In this document: positions 1 through 16,498 of the stretch, one piece after another
Layout of the letters: every line of letters begins with the position of its first letter
Numbering within the stretch: position 1 is the first letter of the stretch
Program-made: the position numbers and the translations under genes
Source: the human T2T-CHM13v2.0 reference genome, Homo sapiens
Assembly (NCBI GenBank): GCA_009914755.4
Contig: CP068257.2
Coordinates: 14,912,001 to 14,976,000 of the forward strand
Direction of reading: 5' to 3'
DNA length: 64,000 nt
Notes under the pieces: model-generated
Database searches by the model: none
Seen by the model: only the letters and a program-made list of their open reading frames with translations
What the model was told of the DNA's origin: nothing

Positions 1-120
1 GTAGGCTTTGGAATGAGGCAATCAGAGCTCAAATGTAGCTGTAGCTGTATCATTTTGTAGCTACACGGCTATCTCTGTCTCCATCAACCTCACTTGTTTT
101 ACCTATGACTAAAATAATAT

Positions 121-495
<375 letters not shown>

Positions 496-1306
496 TTATG
501 AAGTGTTTGGTACAGGGAAGGCAATAAGTGTAAGCTATTGTGATACAATAAAGATGGACATGAAAGTTTTTGCTTATTTTGGTTATTCTGTCTAAAAAGG
601 TTTGAATTACTTTTATTTGTGGCAAAATTGCATAATCTTTGAGATCTGCTAACCTTTATATTCACATTAAAATGTAATTAATAATGATTATGTTGCATGC
701 CACTCTCTTATTTCTTAGTTGACATTGTATCTTTTCCTAGTCTGACTTTTCTCCAGATTAACACTTTAAAAAAAGTCATACGCAATCAGAGTAAAGGGAA
801 TTTGTCAGTCATTTACTCCAATATCCTCATCTAATAATTAACAAAACTGAAGTTCAAACTCGTTGATAACTAACATATTTTTGTGAGATTGTTGTATAAT
901 GTCTGCCTTCGTAGTAGCCTGTGAATTTCCAAAAAGTAGAAAACCACGTCTGTGTGAATGGCTTAGTATCAACAATGATTGATATAGGGTGAACTCTCAG
1001 TGATGAATATTTCTGGAATAAGAGAATGTTGTGGAACTACTTCTGGCCAGACTTCTTAATTGTAGGCTGGTGCTTTTTGTGTTATACTATGTTTCTTTTC
1101 ACTCAAACCTCATCTTGTTTTGCAGATTCACTTATTAAAAATCTCTCCTGAAAGTTTTTGTATATCCTGGAGTGGCCCACATAAAACTGATCGTTATGAG
1201 ATCCAGGAACTCTCCTGGTTGTATAATGTGATCACCTGCTTTTGGAGGTCTAATGATGCATACCCCCAGAGACAGACCAAGGAAAAAGTAAAGCTGAAGC
1301 AATAAC

Positions 1307-1338
1307 TTATTTATTTACTTACTTACTTACTTACTTTT
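1307..1338. repeat. Simple repeat (TTTA)2(TTAC)6
   Basis: Sequence cttatttatttacttacttacttacttacttactttttc seen directly. Confidence 0.9.
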
Positions 1339-1682
1339 TCCTGGCTAAGATGATCTAGACATGTGGATCTTCTATCCTTGGCATCAAATTTGGTGCTCCT
1401 TTCTTGTGTCTAACAATTAATTGCTTCAACCTTAATTTCACAGTAGTACCAATTTTGTGTTAACCTTGGCTGTCTGCAGACTACTTTCATTCTTGTTGCT
1501 TATTTCTACTCTTTAGTAACCCGGAGAGAAGCAGAAAAGTTTATAGGACTTGTGTTCTATAAATGAGGGAACTAAGGCTTTGTCTGAATTCAGATACCCT
1601 CTCTGCCATCATACTGTTTTTACGTTGTGCAGTTTTGCCTCCCTTCACTGGGTTGGGGCTGCCTTAGAACTATGGTTGAGCT

Positions 1683-1958
1683 AAGGATGAGGTGGCCTCC
1701 ACCTGTAATCCCGGCACTTTGGGAGGCCAAGGAATGTGGATAGCTTGAGGTCAGGAGTTCGAGACCAGCATAGGCAACATCGTGAAACCCTGTCTCTACT
1801 AAAAATACAAAAACTAGCTGGGTGTGATGGTGCATGCCTATAGTCCCACCTACTTGAGAGACTGAGGCAGGAGAAGTGCTTGAATCTGGGAGGCAGAGGT
1901 TGCAATGAGCCAAGACTGTGCCACTGTACTCCAGCCTGGGCGACAGAACAAGACTCTG

Positions 1959-1989
<31 letters not shown>
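1683..1989 (+). mobile_element. Alu SINE, full-length, older divergent (AluJ/S-like)
   Basis: Reads ggtggcctccacctgtaatcccggcactttgggaggccaagg ... gcaatgagccaagactgtgccactgtactccagcctgggcgacagaacaagactctgtctt plus poly-A (1963-1989). It differs at many positions from the young consensus. ORFs 1620-2216 and 1681-1905 (-) are Alu translations. Confidence 0.9.
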
Positions 1990-1991
<2 letters not shown>

Positions 1992-1992
<1 letters not shown>

Positions 1993-2068
1993 AACTGGGC
2001 CTCAGTTTGGTCATCTGGAAAATGAGCCAGATGGTCTCTAAGGTTCTTACCATTAATAAGTCTCTTCC
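1992..2068 (+). mobile_element. MIR SINE core fragment
   Basis: Sequence ggaaactgggcctcagtttggtcatctggaaaatgagccagatggtctctaaggttcttaccattaataag matches the MIR core (ctgtgcctcagtttcctcatctgtaaaatgggg...acctacctcataggg). It is sandwiched between two Alu-derived pieces. Confidence 0.5.
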
Positions 2069-2251
2069 AAAAATACAAAAAAATTAGCTGGGCATGGTGC
2101 CACACACCTGTGGTCCTAGCTACTCTGGAGGCTGAGGTGGGAGGATTGCTTGAGCCCAGGAAGCAGGTGTTGTAGTGAGCCAAGATCATGCCACTGCATT
2201 CCAGCCTGGACAACACAGCAAGACTCTGTCTTAAAAATAAATAAATAAATA
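2069..2251 (+). mobile_element. 5'-truncated Alu (linker plus right monomer) with an (AAAT)n tail
   Basis: Starts inside the Alu A-rich linker (aaaaatacaaaaaaattagctgggcatggtg), runs through the right monomer (...gccactgcattccagcctggacaacacagcaagactctgtctt) and ends in (aaat)5. Confidence 0.85.
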
Positions 2252-4439
2252 ACTATGGCTGAGATATTTTACCACAGTGAAAGAAATCTAACCATTCTCC
2301 CCGTAAGTTCTAGCAAAGTTCCTAGAGCAGCCTTGGGCTATAGGACCACTGAATTCCCATGCTAAAGTCCCCCCCCACACCACCCCCCATGGAGTCCTGA
2401 AGTTAAACAGCTGGCTAGTTCAAATTGTGGTTTAGGGCTGCAAGGTCTGTGTTTAGTAATTAGCACTTGAACCTAGCAATAACCTTCAATGAGTCTCTCA
2501 TTTTCCTGCTCTGGGGAGAGAAAAAATCAACAAATACAGACTAAGTGTGCTCTAGTGTCAGATGGTCAGAGTCTGGATCACTTGTTGGATGTATGGAACT
2601 AAACAAGTTCTTTCATTTCTTTGTACTTCAGATGCCTCATCTGCAAAGCAGTGTCAATCTCAAAGTTTCTTGGAAAGGGTAAATGAAATTATAAATGTAA
2701 TAGCACGGGGCCTGACTCATAGGAGTGCTCCGTAAATATTAGCTCCTAATCATTATTATTATTCAGTACTTGGCAAAAATCAAGTTACAGTTTCATCTAA
2801 TCTGAGTTGATCACATGCATATTTTTCTTTATTTAAAAAAAATTTCTTTACAAACATGAAATAAATGGGGTGGAATTTACTTTCTTCATTTATAACTAGA
2901 TGATTTCAATTAATTTGATTTTCAGCAAAAGCATCTTTATCAGTTTTGACCATGTTGGAAACTGAACACAGCCCATCTGGCATTATTGGCACCACATTGG
3001 AAATGTATATAATCTTATGGTGAAAGTACAATTACAAGTGTAATTCTGTCTTGACGTTTGCTTGAAATTCATCTCTTTTGGGTTATATGTTAATAATGAG
3101 GGCGGAAATTTGCTGTGAGCATTTACATTTGATCTAGACACAGGCTAATATTGTTTGCCTGCAATATATTTAACATTCCAAAACTGCTTTCTGATTTATC
3201 TTATGTATCTTAAAACTTACAGCTATTAATTCTTCTCATTTTTCCACTAAAGCTAGCATACCACAAAGCAAAATATGAATATATTCTATAAGTTGTAGAA
3301 TTTCTTAAGATTTATCTCTACCATTGGATGAGGCATCATAGGCCCTTTTCCTCAAGGAAGTGGAAAATATTCTGTGCCAGTAGTTGTCAGTAAAAGAGGA
3401 TATCTGTCCCTAAAGTTTATTTCATATGAATATTAATATTCCTTATATGGCCATCATTTTCAGTGTTTCATTTTCCAAATGCACTTTCTAAAAACATGTT
3501 AAATTATGGTCCATTACTAACCACTAATGGATGATTTTATGACTGAATTCTGCACCAAAAATGATTATTTGCTGTGTGAGGACAGATTTGCAAAACAAGA
3601 TGTGGTAGCATTTAAACGGCCACTTATTTTTAGTAGAAGACTGCCCTGACTGTGGCCTAAAACTTAGATTTCCATTTCATGGCATCATTATCTTCAGACC
3701 CAGATGGGCGTCTCTTGCACTTAAGGAGCATGAGGAAAACCAATTTGATTAAAATAAGCTGTTTCGTATCATTAGGAAATTTGGAGATGGAAAAATAAAG
3801 ATTTGTGTAATAAATGTATGATCTGAAGCCACGTTCATCCTCCAAGGTAATTAGCAATTCTGTATTTGCAGGAACCAGGAAGGCAACAGATTTTTCTTCA
3901 GGATGCTCTTTTTGTGGAAAATTGTGGGTATAATACTTGATGGGTCAAACTGAACAAAGTGAACTATTTGATTTATGGTGTGAATATTATGAGAATTATT
4001 CTGTAGTTCATTTCTTCCCATCAATTCATGAAATCAATCTTTTAAGCTTATTTTGCAATCAAAATTCCTAAAAAAAAAACCTAAGGATCTTATCTTATAA
4101 TAACATCACAATTCTTTCTATATTATTTTCATTCAATATACTGCATATCTAGATCCATTAAAGTAATTTTAAAAATTTCTTCTATTGATATGGCTACAGT
4201 CTATTTCAAATATTGGCACCTGAAGATAATTGTGAAGTCAGCAATGATTCAGCAAAACAGAATTTAAATAGTGCTGAAAGCATAAATAGTACCCAAGGAG
4301 ATGTGGGTCTTTTCTAAAAAAATTTAAGATCTAGGATTTACCCATACTTAAATAAACTTTAAGTATTTATTTTTTAACTAATCTCCACTCAAAGCTCCTT
4401 CAAACGCTGTTTCCATGTTGTTTACAGTGTAAATGAATA

Positions 4440-4550
4440 GGATAATGAAAATAACTATTAAATAAAATAGAGGTTAAGTGACCTGCCTGCAGCCACAGAG
4501 TTAGTTCATGGCTATGCCAAGAATCAAACTTAGATTTTCTGGTTTGCCCA
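4440..4550 (-). mobile_element. MIR SINE fragment
   Basis: Plus strand reads agaggttaagtgacctgcctgcagccacagagttagttcatggctatgccaagaatcaaacttagattttctgg. This is the reverse complement of the MIR core consensus (cagagaggttaagtaacttgcccaaggtcacacagctagtaagtggcagagc...gaacccagg). Confidence 0.5.
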
Positions 4551-5609
4551 TGTTCTTTTAACTGCTTTTTTTGATGAAGTCAAGGCTTTGAGATAACTGA
4601 CCTCAATACATAGTTCAGTATCTCCGTTTGTCAGCACAAAATACACTTCATGCTATTGTGGTGTTTAGATAAAATATACAAAATATAAATGCTAATGAGA
4701 TGCCCAATATGTGATGATGAATCGCAAAAAGCAATATAATGTGACAAATATTTATTAAATAGCTAATTCTGTCAATATAAATATTTCTGAGGAGAGTATT
4801 CTTTTCACCTTCAGAAAGCCGTATAATACCAACAATTTATGAGGGGTGAAACCAATCAATGGTAAAATACTTTCGGATTTTTAAAAACTAATTTAGTAAT
4901 TGGCAATATATTCAGGAACATTATTAAGTTGGTTTTTTTGCATCACAAAGATTGAATTCTGCTATTTCTGTTGATAGAACATGTACTAAATGATAACACT
5001 GATTAATAAGGGTAAGTTAGGTAATTTTTAGAAGTGCGGTTCCAGGAAGAAAACTTCCTAAATGATGGAAGAAAAAAATAAGTTAACTTAGATATTTTTC
5101 TGTACAATTTAGAAACAGACGAACCACAGATTACAAAGCATGACTTCATGATCTCTGGAACAAGGCTATGACATGAGGAATTTAAGAAGCTCCCCTTACA
5201 TACATTGTATCAGACTCTTGCCCCTCCCTCCAGGACCTTGTGCTGCCTGTTCCATTGCCTGAAATATTTATGTGACCCAAAGAAGACTGGGTCTTAGATG
5301 TTAGATTCTCCAAGAATCCTCCCCAGACTCCCGGTGTCTGTGGGAAGGATGGTCCAGTGCGCCCCTTAGAGTCTGTACTTTGTCAGCCTTTGTCACAATA
5401 TAATCAGCACATCGAATGCTGTGGGCTGTTTACCTGGCGTCATTTCGCTGGAGAGACAACTTCCCAAGAACAGGAACTGAGTGTCCAGTGGTCTAGCTGT
5501 GTTTCACCCATAGTAAGTGATCAACTCTGATTGAATGAAGGGATACTCAAGTTAACTAGTCCCTGTGCAAGTCCCTATAGCGTAGAGTCACAGGCTCTCT
5601 TTTGAAGCT

Positions 5610-5800
5610 CTTTACTACACTTTATTTCACTCAGATGACAGGCAAGGAAACTGAGACTCAGGCAGGCTAAGAGATCACACACCATAAATGGCAGAGTGAG
5701 GAAATCAAGCCCATTCTCTTTCCTTGCTTATTCTTTCATTCAACACATTTATGCTGAGCATCCTCTATGTGTCAGACATTATGTCAAAGCTGAGAATCCA
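5610..5800 (-). mobile_element. Two adjacent MIR SINE fragments
   Basis: gatgacaggcaaggaaactgagactcaggcaggctaagagatcacacaccataaatggcagagtgaggaaatcaagccc is the reverse-complement MIR core. It is followed by ttcattcaacacatttatgctgagcatcctctatgtgtcagacattatg, which is the reverse-complement MIR 3' end (catttattgagcgcttactatgtgccaggcac). Confidence 0.5.
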
Positions 5801-6766
5801 AAGATAAATAGGTTAAGATTTCCTGAAGCTCCCTGCCTAGTCAGAGATAGACTATAAACAGTAATTATAATTCAATATGATAAGGGCTTTGACAGAACCA
5901 TGTACTCTGTGCTGTAGAATTTCTAAAGAAGGAATCAGTGTCTGTGCATATTAAATCGCTCCATTTTATTTTAATATTCTTTTAATACTCTTTTATGTCT
6001 GACTTTAGTATATAACTACCCTCATTTAGAAGAAGGTAGGCAAAGGCCTATTCAATTTAATGAAAGTTTAAATATTGCAATGTTATTTCTAAACTAATTA
6101 GTTTTCATGATTGTTCATATTGTACATTAATTTGAATATCAAACAGAAGTCTAATAGTTTTAAGTGGATTGCTTAGAAAAATTAGTATTGTCATTTATAT
6201 AACTTGGAATCCAAAGAAGATTCTCTGAAGAGAATGATCATAAGCACATTACCAGAGTAGATGAGTGAAGAACTGGGGTAGGAGTACACTATGGCATGGA
6301 GATGGCTTAGGGTGAATCAGGAACTAGCAACACCCTTCGATAAAGCAGCTGTGTGCCTGAGTTTTGATCAGAAGTTCATCTGCTGTTGTTAAAGATCTTT
6401 TAAAGAATAACTGGATGAATAGTTATTTTACTTCTCATAGTTGCCTGGATTAATAGATTTATTTTACTTCTCATAGTTTTTAAATTATTCTTCAGACAAA
6501 AGAAAATAGCCATGGCAGATTATGGCATTTAATAATGGTAATTCAAAATATTTTATCAAATGAATTTAAAAAAAAGTAAATGTCAATAGGCAACATCAGT
6601 TTATTTCCATTTCTTAATAATCACCAAGCTATTCAAACCGAGAGCAATGAGAAGCTCATAAAAAACAAGCCATGAACCTACCAGGAAATTCGAGGGAGGG
6701 GATCTCCCTTTATCAATCTGTGTATCTCCAGTGCTAAGCACGATGGCTTATCTCATATGTGGTTGA

Positions 6767-7097
<331 letters not shown>

Positions 7098-7532
7098 TAA
7101 AACTTCGTTCTTTAAAAATAAGTAAACAAACCAAAAATTGAATAGACATAAACCAAATAAGGATAAAAGAAAACTCTGCTTTAAAAGCCTAATTCCAAAA
7201 ACCTATGAGCTGCAAGTCATCAGTGATTAAAAGCTAGGAGGCACACTGGATGTTTAAAAGTAGTACCTGTGCCCTTCTAAAGCAGCCAAACCAGTGAAAA
7301 TGGGTAGAAGCCAATAAGGGGGCATTCACCCCTTTCAAGCATCTAAGGAATGCACATTCAACACATTCCAAGCACACCTCCCCCGCTGCAGGCTGCTCAG
7401 GCCAGTGGCCTTCCACCTCTAGCCACATTGCACAAAAATTAATAGGAAAACAAAAGAGATGCCTTTCTGGATTTGTCACATTGCTTCACACTGGTGCCCC
7501 TTTCTCTTGTAATCAGGATAAAGAAAGTCTCT

Positions 7533-7839
<307 letters not shown>

Positions 7840-8948
7840 CATTGCAGCCCCATTGTGAAAAGCAGGAATGTGTGAACCCAAAAGTTCTGACAAAGGAAGT
7901 GGACGGGGCAGCAGGCATAGATGAGGTAGCCCGTGTAGAAAAACTCCAGAATTTGCTAGGTATTTTTTTTCTTCTGGTCACTATTTAGAATTCTTTGCTT
8001 AAACTCCCACTTCCAACTTATTGTATATATATTGTCAGCTCAAGAATGGAGAAGAAGGTGTTTAACTCTAGATTAGACTACCCAACCTGTGGTTTAGTAG
8101 GGTAAATAGAGTTCATAAACAAAAAGCCCTGTCCTTACCAGTGTTCATCAACCACCTGCTTGCTGTGTCGAAATCAAGCCAGTCAGGAAACTCATCCCAC
8201 CCTTGATAACCAGAAGCAGTAATTCAGCAAAGTGGACTAATTGTACTATGTCACTCGTTTTTACTATACAGATATCTGTGGATATCTCTCCAGAACTTCA
8301 TGTATATGTAAGTGACTTGCTCCCAATTCTTTCACATTTTATCAATATCAGCTGTGTTTTGCTTAAAAAATGAGCCTTACCTAACTAAAATTTCTACTGT
8401 AATAAAGCAAGTTAATTGTAGTGAAATCTAATTATCTGTTTACTATGATTTCATTATAAATCTTGTGGGTTTTTTTTTCTTACATTGTCCTTATGTATTA
8501 GCACCTGTGGTAAGATATATTGATCACAGTTTCATCAGATAGGCATACTGCTTCAATATTGTTTGAAAAAAATCTTTATCTTTCAGCTTCATATTCTAGG
8601 AGGAACCAAATGTAACATTTACTTTTCATTTTGATTGCATATTAACTTGAGGTCATAATCTTGCTTTAACAATCCATCTCTTCTAATTATAGATATAGGA
8701 GGTATGGAAGTATGTGTTTGCCACAGAACAAACCCTGGATATATTTCCATCTTGCTTATAAAACTTGTCTTTATGTAAATGTTTAAATAAGATATTTTAG
8801 GATAAATGGTTTTTATCATTGCCTATTATGTCATTTTCTATTAAAAGTGAATTTTATACTTAATTGACTCTGATTCTTAAGGCATTAAATTCTAGTCCAT
8901 TCTTCTTATGAGATAGGGTTAGTAAAATAAGTTAGTTTTATGGGATCA

Positions 8949-9093
<145 letters not shown>

Positions 9094-12000
9094 TCAAGTA
9101 AAAATATCTAGAAATATACTTTCCCCAAAATGTGTATATTTCCTTATGCCATTCTGCCAATTAAAAATTGTCAGTTCCTGGATGTTACTTGGATGGTGTT
9201 TTCCTAATACTAAAGCTACTTATTCTAGGCATTTGTGAGTTTTATCATTCTCAGGAAGAATAAATTAACTCAAGTGTCTTGCCTTTACTAATAATCTATA
9301 GAAGATATAATACATTACAAAACGAGATCTTCAAAGGCAATTTATCTATGTCTGTGGGTCAGCGGAGAGACATCAAGAGTTAGGAGGGAGTGTACCTGTA
9401 ACATTCTGAATAAGATTTTGATGTTAAAACCAATGTGGCTTGTTAGTCCGATATGTCCCCTCTATGCCACTAAAGATGGTGCCTACTCCTTACCACTCAT
9501 ACTTGCCATATTCTTTACCCATTTTTACTTGACTTTGTACCCCAAAGTTCCTCTTGTGGGCTATGTGTGGAATGTGATGGCTTTTAAAAACATAAATTGG
9601 GGAACAAGTGTGAAAATAAATATATGGACAACATTTTAAATATTCTAAATATTATAATTTAAACATCAAAAGAGTTATTGTATATGTTCAAGATTGAAAG
9701 TTAAAAAGTGAATATAAAATTCTAAATAATAATAACTATTTCAACATGAACCTAAAACTGTGCCTGTTGAACAGTGCATAGAATATTAAATAGAATTAGT
9801 AAAGAGTTACTTGAGTAGTGAATTACATCCTGCATTGTCAGCCTATGATATCTATGTCCATATATTTTGTAGCCTAGATTCATAAAATGTATATTTTTTA
9901 AAATCTTAACACTTTTCATCAAATGGAATGATTTGTTTTTAATTTGATTATGGATCAATTTTTAATTTGATTCTAGAGCCTACTTAATCATTGCTTTAGG
10001 TTCTTAAATTTCTTTTATAGAACATAGGTGAGCAGATTTTTAGGGTTTCCTTTTAGATGGTTCTGAGGTTTCTGTCCATGTTCAATACTATGAGTTTATA
10101 ACTTTACAATATTCTTTTGTCACTTGCCTAAAAGCAGGTTTGTTATTTTTCTTTTTCTCAAGGAAAGCTTTAGAGAGAGAATCTAGATCTTTTAAATTTG
10201 AAAGGCATTCATGATACCCAGTTACTTCCTCTAATGATTGACTACTGTTGTGAAACCTAATGTTAATATTTAAGAAGTGGAAAATTATGGATTGTATTGT
10301 AAAATAGTCAATTAAAAGAAAAGTATTTTTGTGTGTGGGAATCTAGCAACTTTCATCCCATAATCCTTAAATCAAGTTTAATGTATACTAAAAATATCAA
10401 GTTTTACTTTGAACTATTAAGATTAATACAAGACTCCCATGTTTTTTCAGATTTTCCCAATCTTCAATGTTCTAAGGGATTTACTCTGAGACTACTTAAA
10501 CCTTAACATTTTTGATGTTCTCATTTACTCACTGGCTGTTAAAATCTCAAACCTTGTGCATCAATACTAGGAGCTCTTACTTAAAATGATTAATTGTAAT
10601 GTTTTCAACAGTGAGCACTAATGTTTTTCCTTGGGGGAAAAAAAATCTTCCTTATATGTTTATGTGGTTCTCTTGCCTCTGTAGTTGACTTAGATTAATT
10701 TCTTTGCTAATTTTCTTGTTCAGTTGGATAAAAGAAAGCTTCGGGCTTTGTATTTCTTGAAAACCAAGAAAAGTAAGTATTACACATAAGAAAATATCCA
10801 ATTTTACCACTTCTTCCCTTGGGCAGTTGACCCGTGTGCACATGTGCATGCATAGCAATCTTTTGCAATGAACTCAGTTTATATATGAGATCTGTTTTTC
10901 AGTATTGTAGAAAGATATCTAATCTATTTGAAAATACATTGTCAGCACCTAGTGTTCCAAAACATAGATTGAATTTAGTGTGGGAATACCGCATAGTATT
11001 GGAAGAAAAGTAATTAAAATCATTTAGAAATTGTTTTGAAGAATGCATTGCTGCAAGGTGTCATAGCCATATAAACATGACACCACCATCTTATGGAATG
11101 TACAGAAAAGGGGTGTCTCTTGTGCCAAATAAACATTCTTTAATTAACGCTTCACAATATGTAGTGTGAACTTTCCTAGTCTGTGTTTATCCCTCCTGGG
11201 GCTGCTACTTTTAATGCCTCAAAAACTGTTGCCTGTATATATTCTCTTTCTGCTGGATCTTGGGATGAAGAATTGATTACAGGTGCATTTTCTCCTTGAA
11301 TCTGTCTAATAAGCTGAACTAAAACTACACTAATACAAGAAAGCAACAAGAAAGGTCTTCTTATGATGAATTAGTTGTGCTTATATACATATAAGAGTTA
11401 GTGAGGGCCACAAGAATAAACTGGCACAATAAACTATTTGTATTTGAACACTACTATTTGTATTTTAATATAATAATTACTTTGAATTCCATAATTAATA
11501 TACCTATACGTGAAACGTTTTCCGCTCAGCAAAGTCATAGACTTTGGGGGGAAAATGTTATTTTATTTTATTGTGAGGGTTTGAATAGGCATTTTGCTAT
11601 TCATTATCTATTTGCAGGGAAATGACAAGTTTTCAAAATGAAACAGTCTTTGTTACCTGTCTCTTTTGAAAGACTTACTCTCATGTTGTTTATTTAATTG
11701 TTTTGTTGGCATTAATCTTGCTTTTTTTTAAATAATGCATATTCCTTTTAATTATGTCTACTTATTTAAATAAAACTTTTAAATTGTGAATAGCTATGAA
11801 TCACCATATCCATATAACTAGAATATGAAAATCTTAAAAAATTAATGTGCTGATAATTATAATATTCCTGTTTCTTGCATTTGTTTTACATTAATACACA
11901 TTCTGAAAAAGAGGAAATGCTTATCTTGGGAGTGGCTTAAGTTGTTTTGGGCACTTTTTCTCAGTGATAGTCATATATTTTGGAGCAGCCAAAATTCATA

Positions 12001-15000
12001 TCTCTTTGCCAGTGTACAGACCCAAAATGTCAAGTTATTATGCACTAGTAGAAGGACATATTTTCTTCACACTTTATTAATTAATCTATTTCGTGAATTT
12101 TTCTTTTCAAATGTCTATCACTGTAATTATCTTTGCTTATACCAAATTCAGTTTCACTGGATTACTTAGAATGCTGATATTCAAATAGTTTTTTGAAGCT
12201 CAGATTTCAGGCTTTGTTCAGTTCTACTTACAGTATTTATTACGATTAATCATTATTCCACCTGCCTCTGAGCACCTTTTACCTAGTAGTAGCAGAGGTG
12301 AGTCCAGTCTCGTGCAGGAAGAACAAGGATGTGTTTGGCAGGTAAGCTGATTAGTGAGTCTACATCAAGTGATTGAGTCAACAGTTCATACCAACATAGC
12401 TAGAGCAATGCTTTTTGAACTATGGGCAGCTGTCCTTCCTCTTGATGCATGCCTCTTTAATCATTTCCAGCATTTTCTTTTCCATTTGTTATTTTCACCA
12501 GGGAAGAGAGAGCCTTATAATATTAGTCTGTTATGTTAGCTTTCCATAGATGTACACATTATTTAAATCATATGTAAATTAGATCCATCCTTCAATAAAA
12601 ATTTTAAAACTAGTAAATCATCTCCTAATAATTTTTCAAAATTTAAATTACTGTTAATTTCAGATAAGGCTAATAGGCAATGGTTTTCTTGTTCTACAAT
12701 ACTCTTAACCTAGAACTAAGCCATGTTCTCTAATAACCAGATCTCAAGGTATATGAATTTTCTTTCATTATTGGAAACATGGTTAGAGTGACCTAAAGCT
12801 CCAACTTATTATTACATACATGGAACCCAATCTAGCTAGTTCTTTCTTATTTAAATTATCTTTCCTTAGAGCCCTTTCATTGTTCCTCTTGGGGAGGACT
12901 TAAAGGTTTTCTTGGTTCTAGTCACAATCAGAAAATATATAATGAATTTTTTACATATAAGGTGAAAGAAGTAGAGGTACATTATTGCTTGAAAACAAGG
13001 TGTAGCACATTTTTAAAAATTACTATGTTAAATAGAATCAGCATATGTAAACAGAACACCAGCTAAACTACCCCCACCTAAACTTTAAATGAAGACAACT
13101 GAGTAAAATGAGTAAGATGTTTTCTGACGTAATCACTGAAGTCTCAAAGGAAAACAGGACAGTCACAAAATTACCAGGTCTGATGAGTTAACTACTTAAA
13201 AGTGTGATTAAAAGCCAATGGAAATGATAGGAATGGCAGCAAAAAAGCATCCTGAATGTAGAAATAGAGGTACATTCAACTGGCCAACTGGAGTAGGATT
13301 TCTGTTATCCAAGGCTGCGTTAAGTGATTAAGAATGCACACTAGAAGGCATGGTTTTCACATTATCTCAACACATCTGCTCAGTGGATGAGTAGTGGATG
13401 ATATGGAGGTTGTCTGGTAATCTTAAATGGAAGAGGATATAAGCCATGAAACAGGAGAGTGAGGAATGTGATAGAAATATGTTTGAACCTCACATGTTGT
13501 TAAGTTCTGAAGCCCTTAGGAATTTCATCTTTTAAAATTATTATTATGTTCCATTGTTATTTCTCCTCAAGAATAGACTGTGACTTTTCTTTCTTATCTT
13601 CATATTTTTAAAAATAGTCTCTAACACGTTTTGTACAAAATCTCTAAGGAAATTTTAGGGTTTCTTTAAATTCTTAACTCAGTATTTTTCAAGGCAAACC
13701 ATTCCGAATAAAGGAACACAACATTTCTGACATATTTGAAGTATGTAAAAACTCTAAATTACGTGGATCCTAATGAATCATAGTTGCAGTTTAGGTAGCT
13801 ATCCTAAAAATTAGGAAGGTCAAATACTACCTCTTTGTTTGGAAATTCCACCTCCGTGATTTGTTCATGATAGCCTTTTTGTGAGAAGGGTTTTGACTGT
13901 AAAGAATGAATGAATGAGTAAGCAGTTTTTATTAAACAAGCTCAACTTTGTTCTGTTGCTGCTGTCTCTTTGTTGTTGTAATGTATGCTTCTAATTCACG
14001 CAATACCAACATGTTTTCCCTCTCTTCAAGAAACAAGCTTTACTAAAATACTTTCACTTCTAAACAACGTGATACATATATTTGAAATTTTCTTTGAGTT
14101 AATAGAGGCCTACTTTAGAGTGTTGTCTAGAATATTGATAAAAATCTTTTTAAGTATCCTCAAAGCTGCCTGAACAGGGGATGAAGGGTAGTCAGAAATA
14201 GAAATATGCCTTCTATTTTCTCATACTATTTATTGAGTATTTTCTAAATAATAAAGGGGGAAAGAAGATATAAATATTATCCAAAAGAAATACGAAGGAG
14301 AAATGCTTGACGTGATGGATACCCTGTTTACCCTGATGTGATTACACAGTGCATGCCTATGTCAAAATATTTCCTGTAATCCATAAATATATATACCTAC
14401 TATGTACCCATAAAAATTAAAAACTAAACAAATTTTTCCAAGGTATATGGGCGTATACTTTCACTTTACAGTTGTAGAAGTTGGATGCCTGAGGTTTGGA
14501 TAAATTACTGCTTTCACAAGTCAGATTCCTTTAAAACTGGTTGGGGATTTTGAGAATGCATCCAATGTATCTGCTCCTGCTCTAGTGAAGAAGTCCTCGG
14601 CTGCTGCTACTCAGGACAAAATCATCATGGTGCATGGAAGAAACCAGTAAAAGGACCCGTAAATATTAGATTTTTCTGACTTGTTCACTTGCCTCTTCCT
14701 CCTTCCCATAAGTGTACTCTTTTTTTTAGGGTCTATGTGCAAGCAGTTTTTTTTAAATATAATCATAAAAGTTGCTTTTTCAAAGGAGTCTAAAATGCAT
14801 TTCATATTTGTCATTGTTTTCTTTAAATCTAGAACTCTTTTGGAAGGGATATGTAACTTGAGATGGCATTGTTATAGTTTGGAAACTGTATTCATCTGCT
14901 TCTTCAACTCAAAATAACAGTGCCTTCAGATCCTGAAAACTTAACTACTTGTCTTTATTTATTTTTACCCCACTACAGCTTATGTACCGTAATCAATAGG

Positions 15001-15942
15001 AGTTCAGACTTTATCCTCGTTTTTGCTGCATTTCACATCTTCAAAAATCAACAACTCTGTCAAAGAATTCCAGACACATAAAGCCAAGTTTAAGAAATAG
15101 TCATGAATTGGGATTTTTTTTTCTCCATTTAACAAAATTTACTTTAAAAATAGCAGGGAAAATAACTCCAAATCAATCTGTTACAAGGAAATGTTATTTT
15201 ATGTTTGTATGGCGCTTTTTGTTTTCAATGGTTTTAAAGTTGCAAAATTGATGTTCCATTCCACGGTGGTAGTGTAATGCATTTTCAAAGGAAGAAACCG
15301 AAGCCTTGAGGTGTTAAGTATCCTGTCTGTAGTTGCACAATGAACATGGCAGAGAGAAAATTAGAACTCAGTTTCTAAGTTTTGTTTTCTTTCATCTGTC
15401 TCTCTTTCACATATTAAATTCTCAAATTAGAAGTGTGATGTGCTTTCAAATTTAATTTAGACCCCTAAAAAATACTTTTTCTGTGATACATTTATGCTTA
15501 CTTTTCTATAGTCTAAGTGATTATTTTCAAAAAGTTTAAAAAAGTAGTTAGAAATATGAATGACCCAGGAATGCAAAAAGAAGCCTCCAGACTGATAGAT
15601 TTTATTCTGGTAAAACTAAAACGCTCCTGGAAGTTTTGTTATAAATTTTTTTCCAAGAACTGACTTTATTCCTCTGGAAATGACATCATGATGTATCACT
15701 AAGTGGTCTACTTTGTCATGAAACTTGAGACTACCACATGGGATAGAATATTTAAGTTCCTGAACTTCTTAATGACTTAAGTTTTCTTGAACATTAAGGT
15801 ATTCAGTGACTACTCTCACAGGCTTACTAGATAATGAAAAGTCTAATCTTTAGCTGAATCTTCAGTCATATAATGTGTAGTCAGATAAGAAGTGAATAGA
15901 CAACACAATAGTTAAGTAATGAGCCAATGGAAAAATGAATGA

Positions 15943-16498
<556 letters not shown>

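Noticed and set aside
1540-1620. ataaatgagggaactaaggctttgtctgaattcag, which is MIR-core-like (agatgaggaaactgaggc) in the opposite orientation to the MIR piece at 1992-2068
   Set aside because: Only about 20 nt of similarity. It is incompatible in orientation with the neighbouring MIR fragment and is probably chance.
1620-2216. 198-aa ORF (minus strand), the longest in the track, plus similar ORFs at 18943-19437, 46917-47297, 59830-60243 and 63174-63587
   Set aside because: All lie inside Alu elements. Peptides such as ...[36 protein letters not shown]... and ...[25 protein letters not shown]... are the well-known translations of Alu sense and antisense strands and are not genes.
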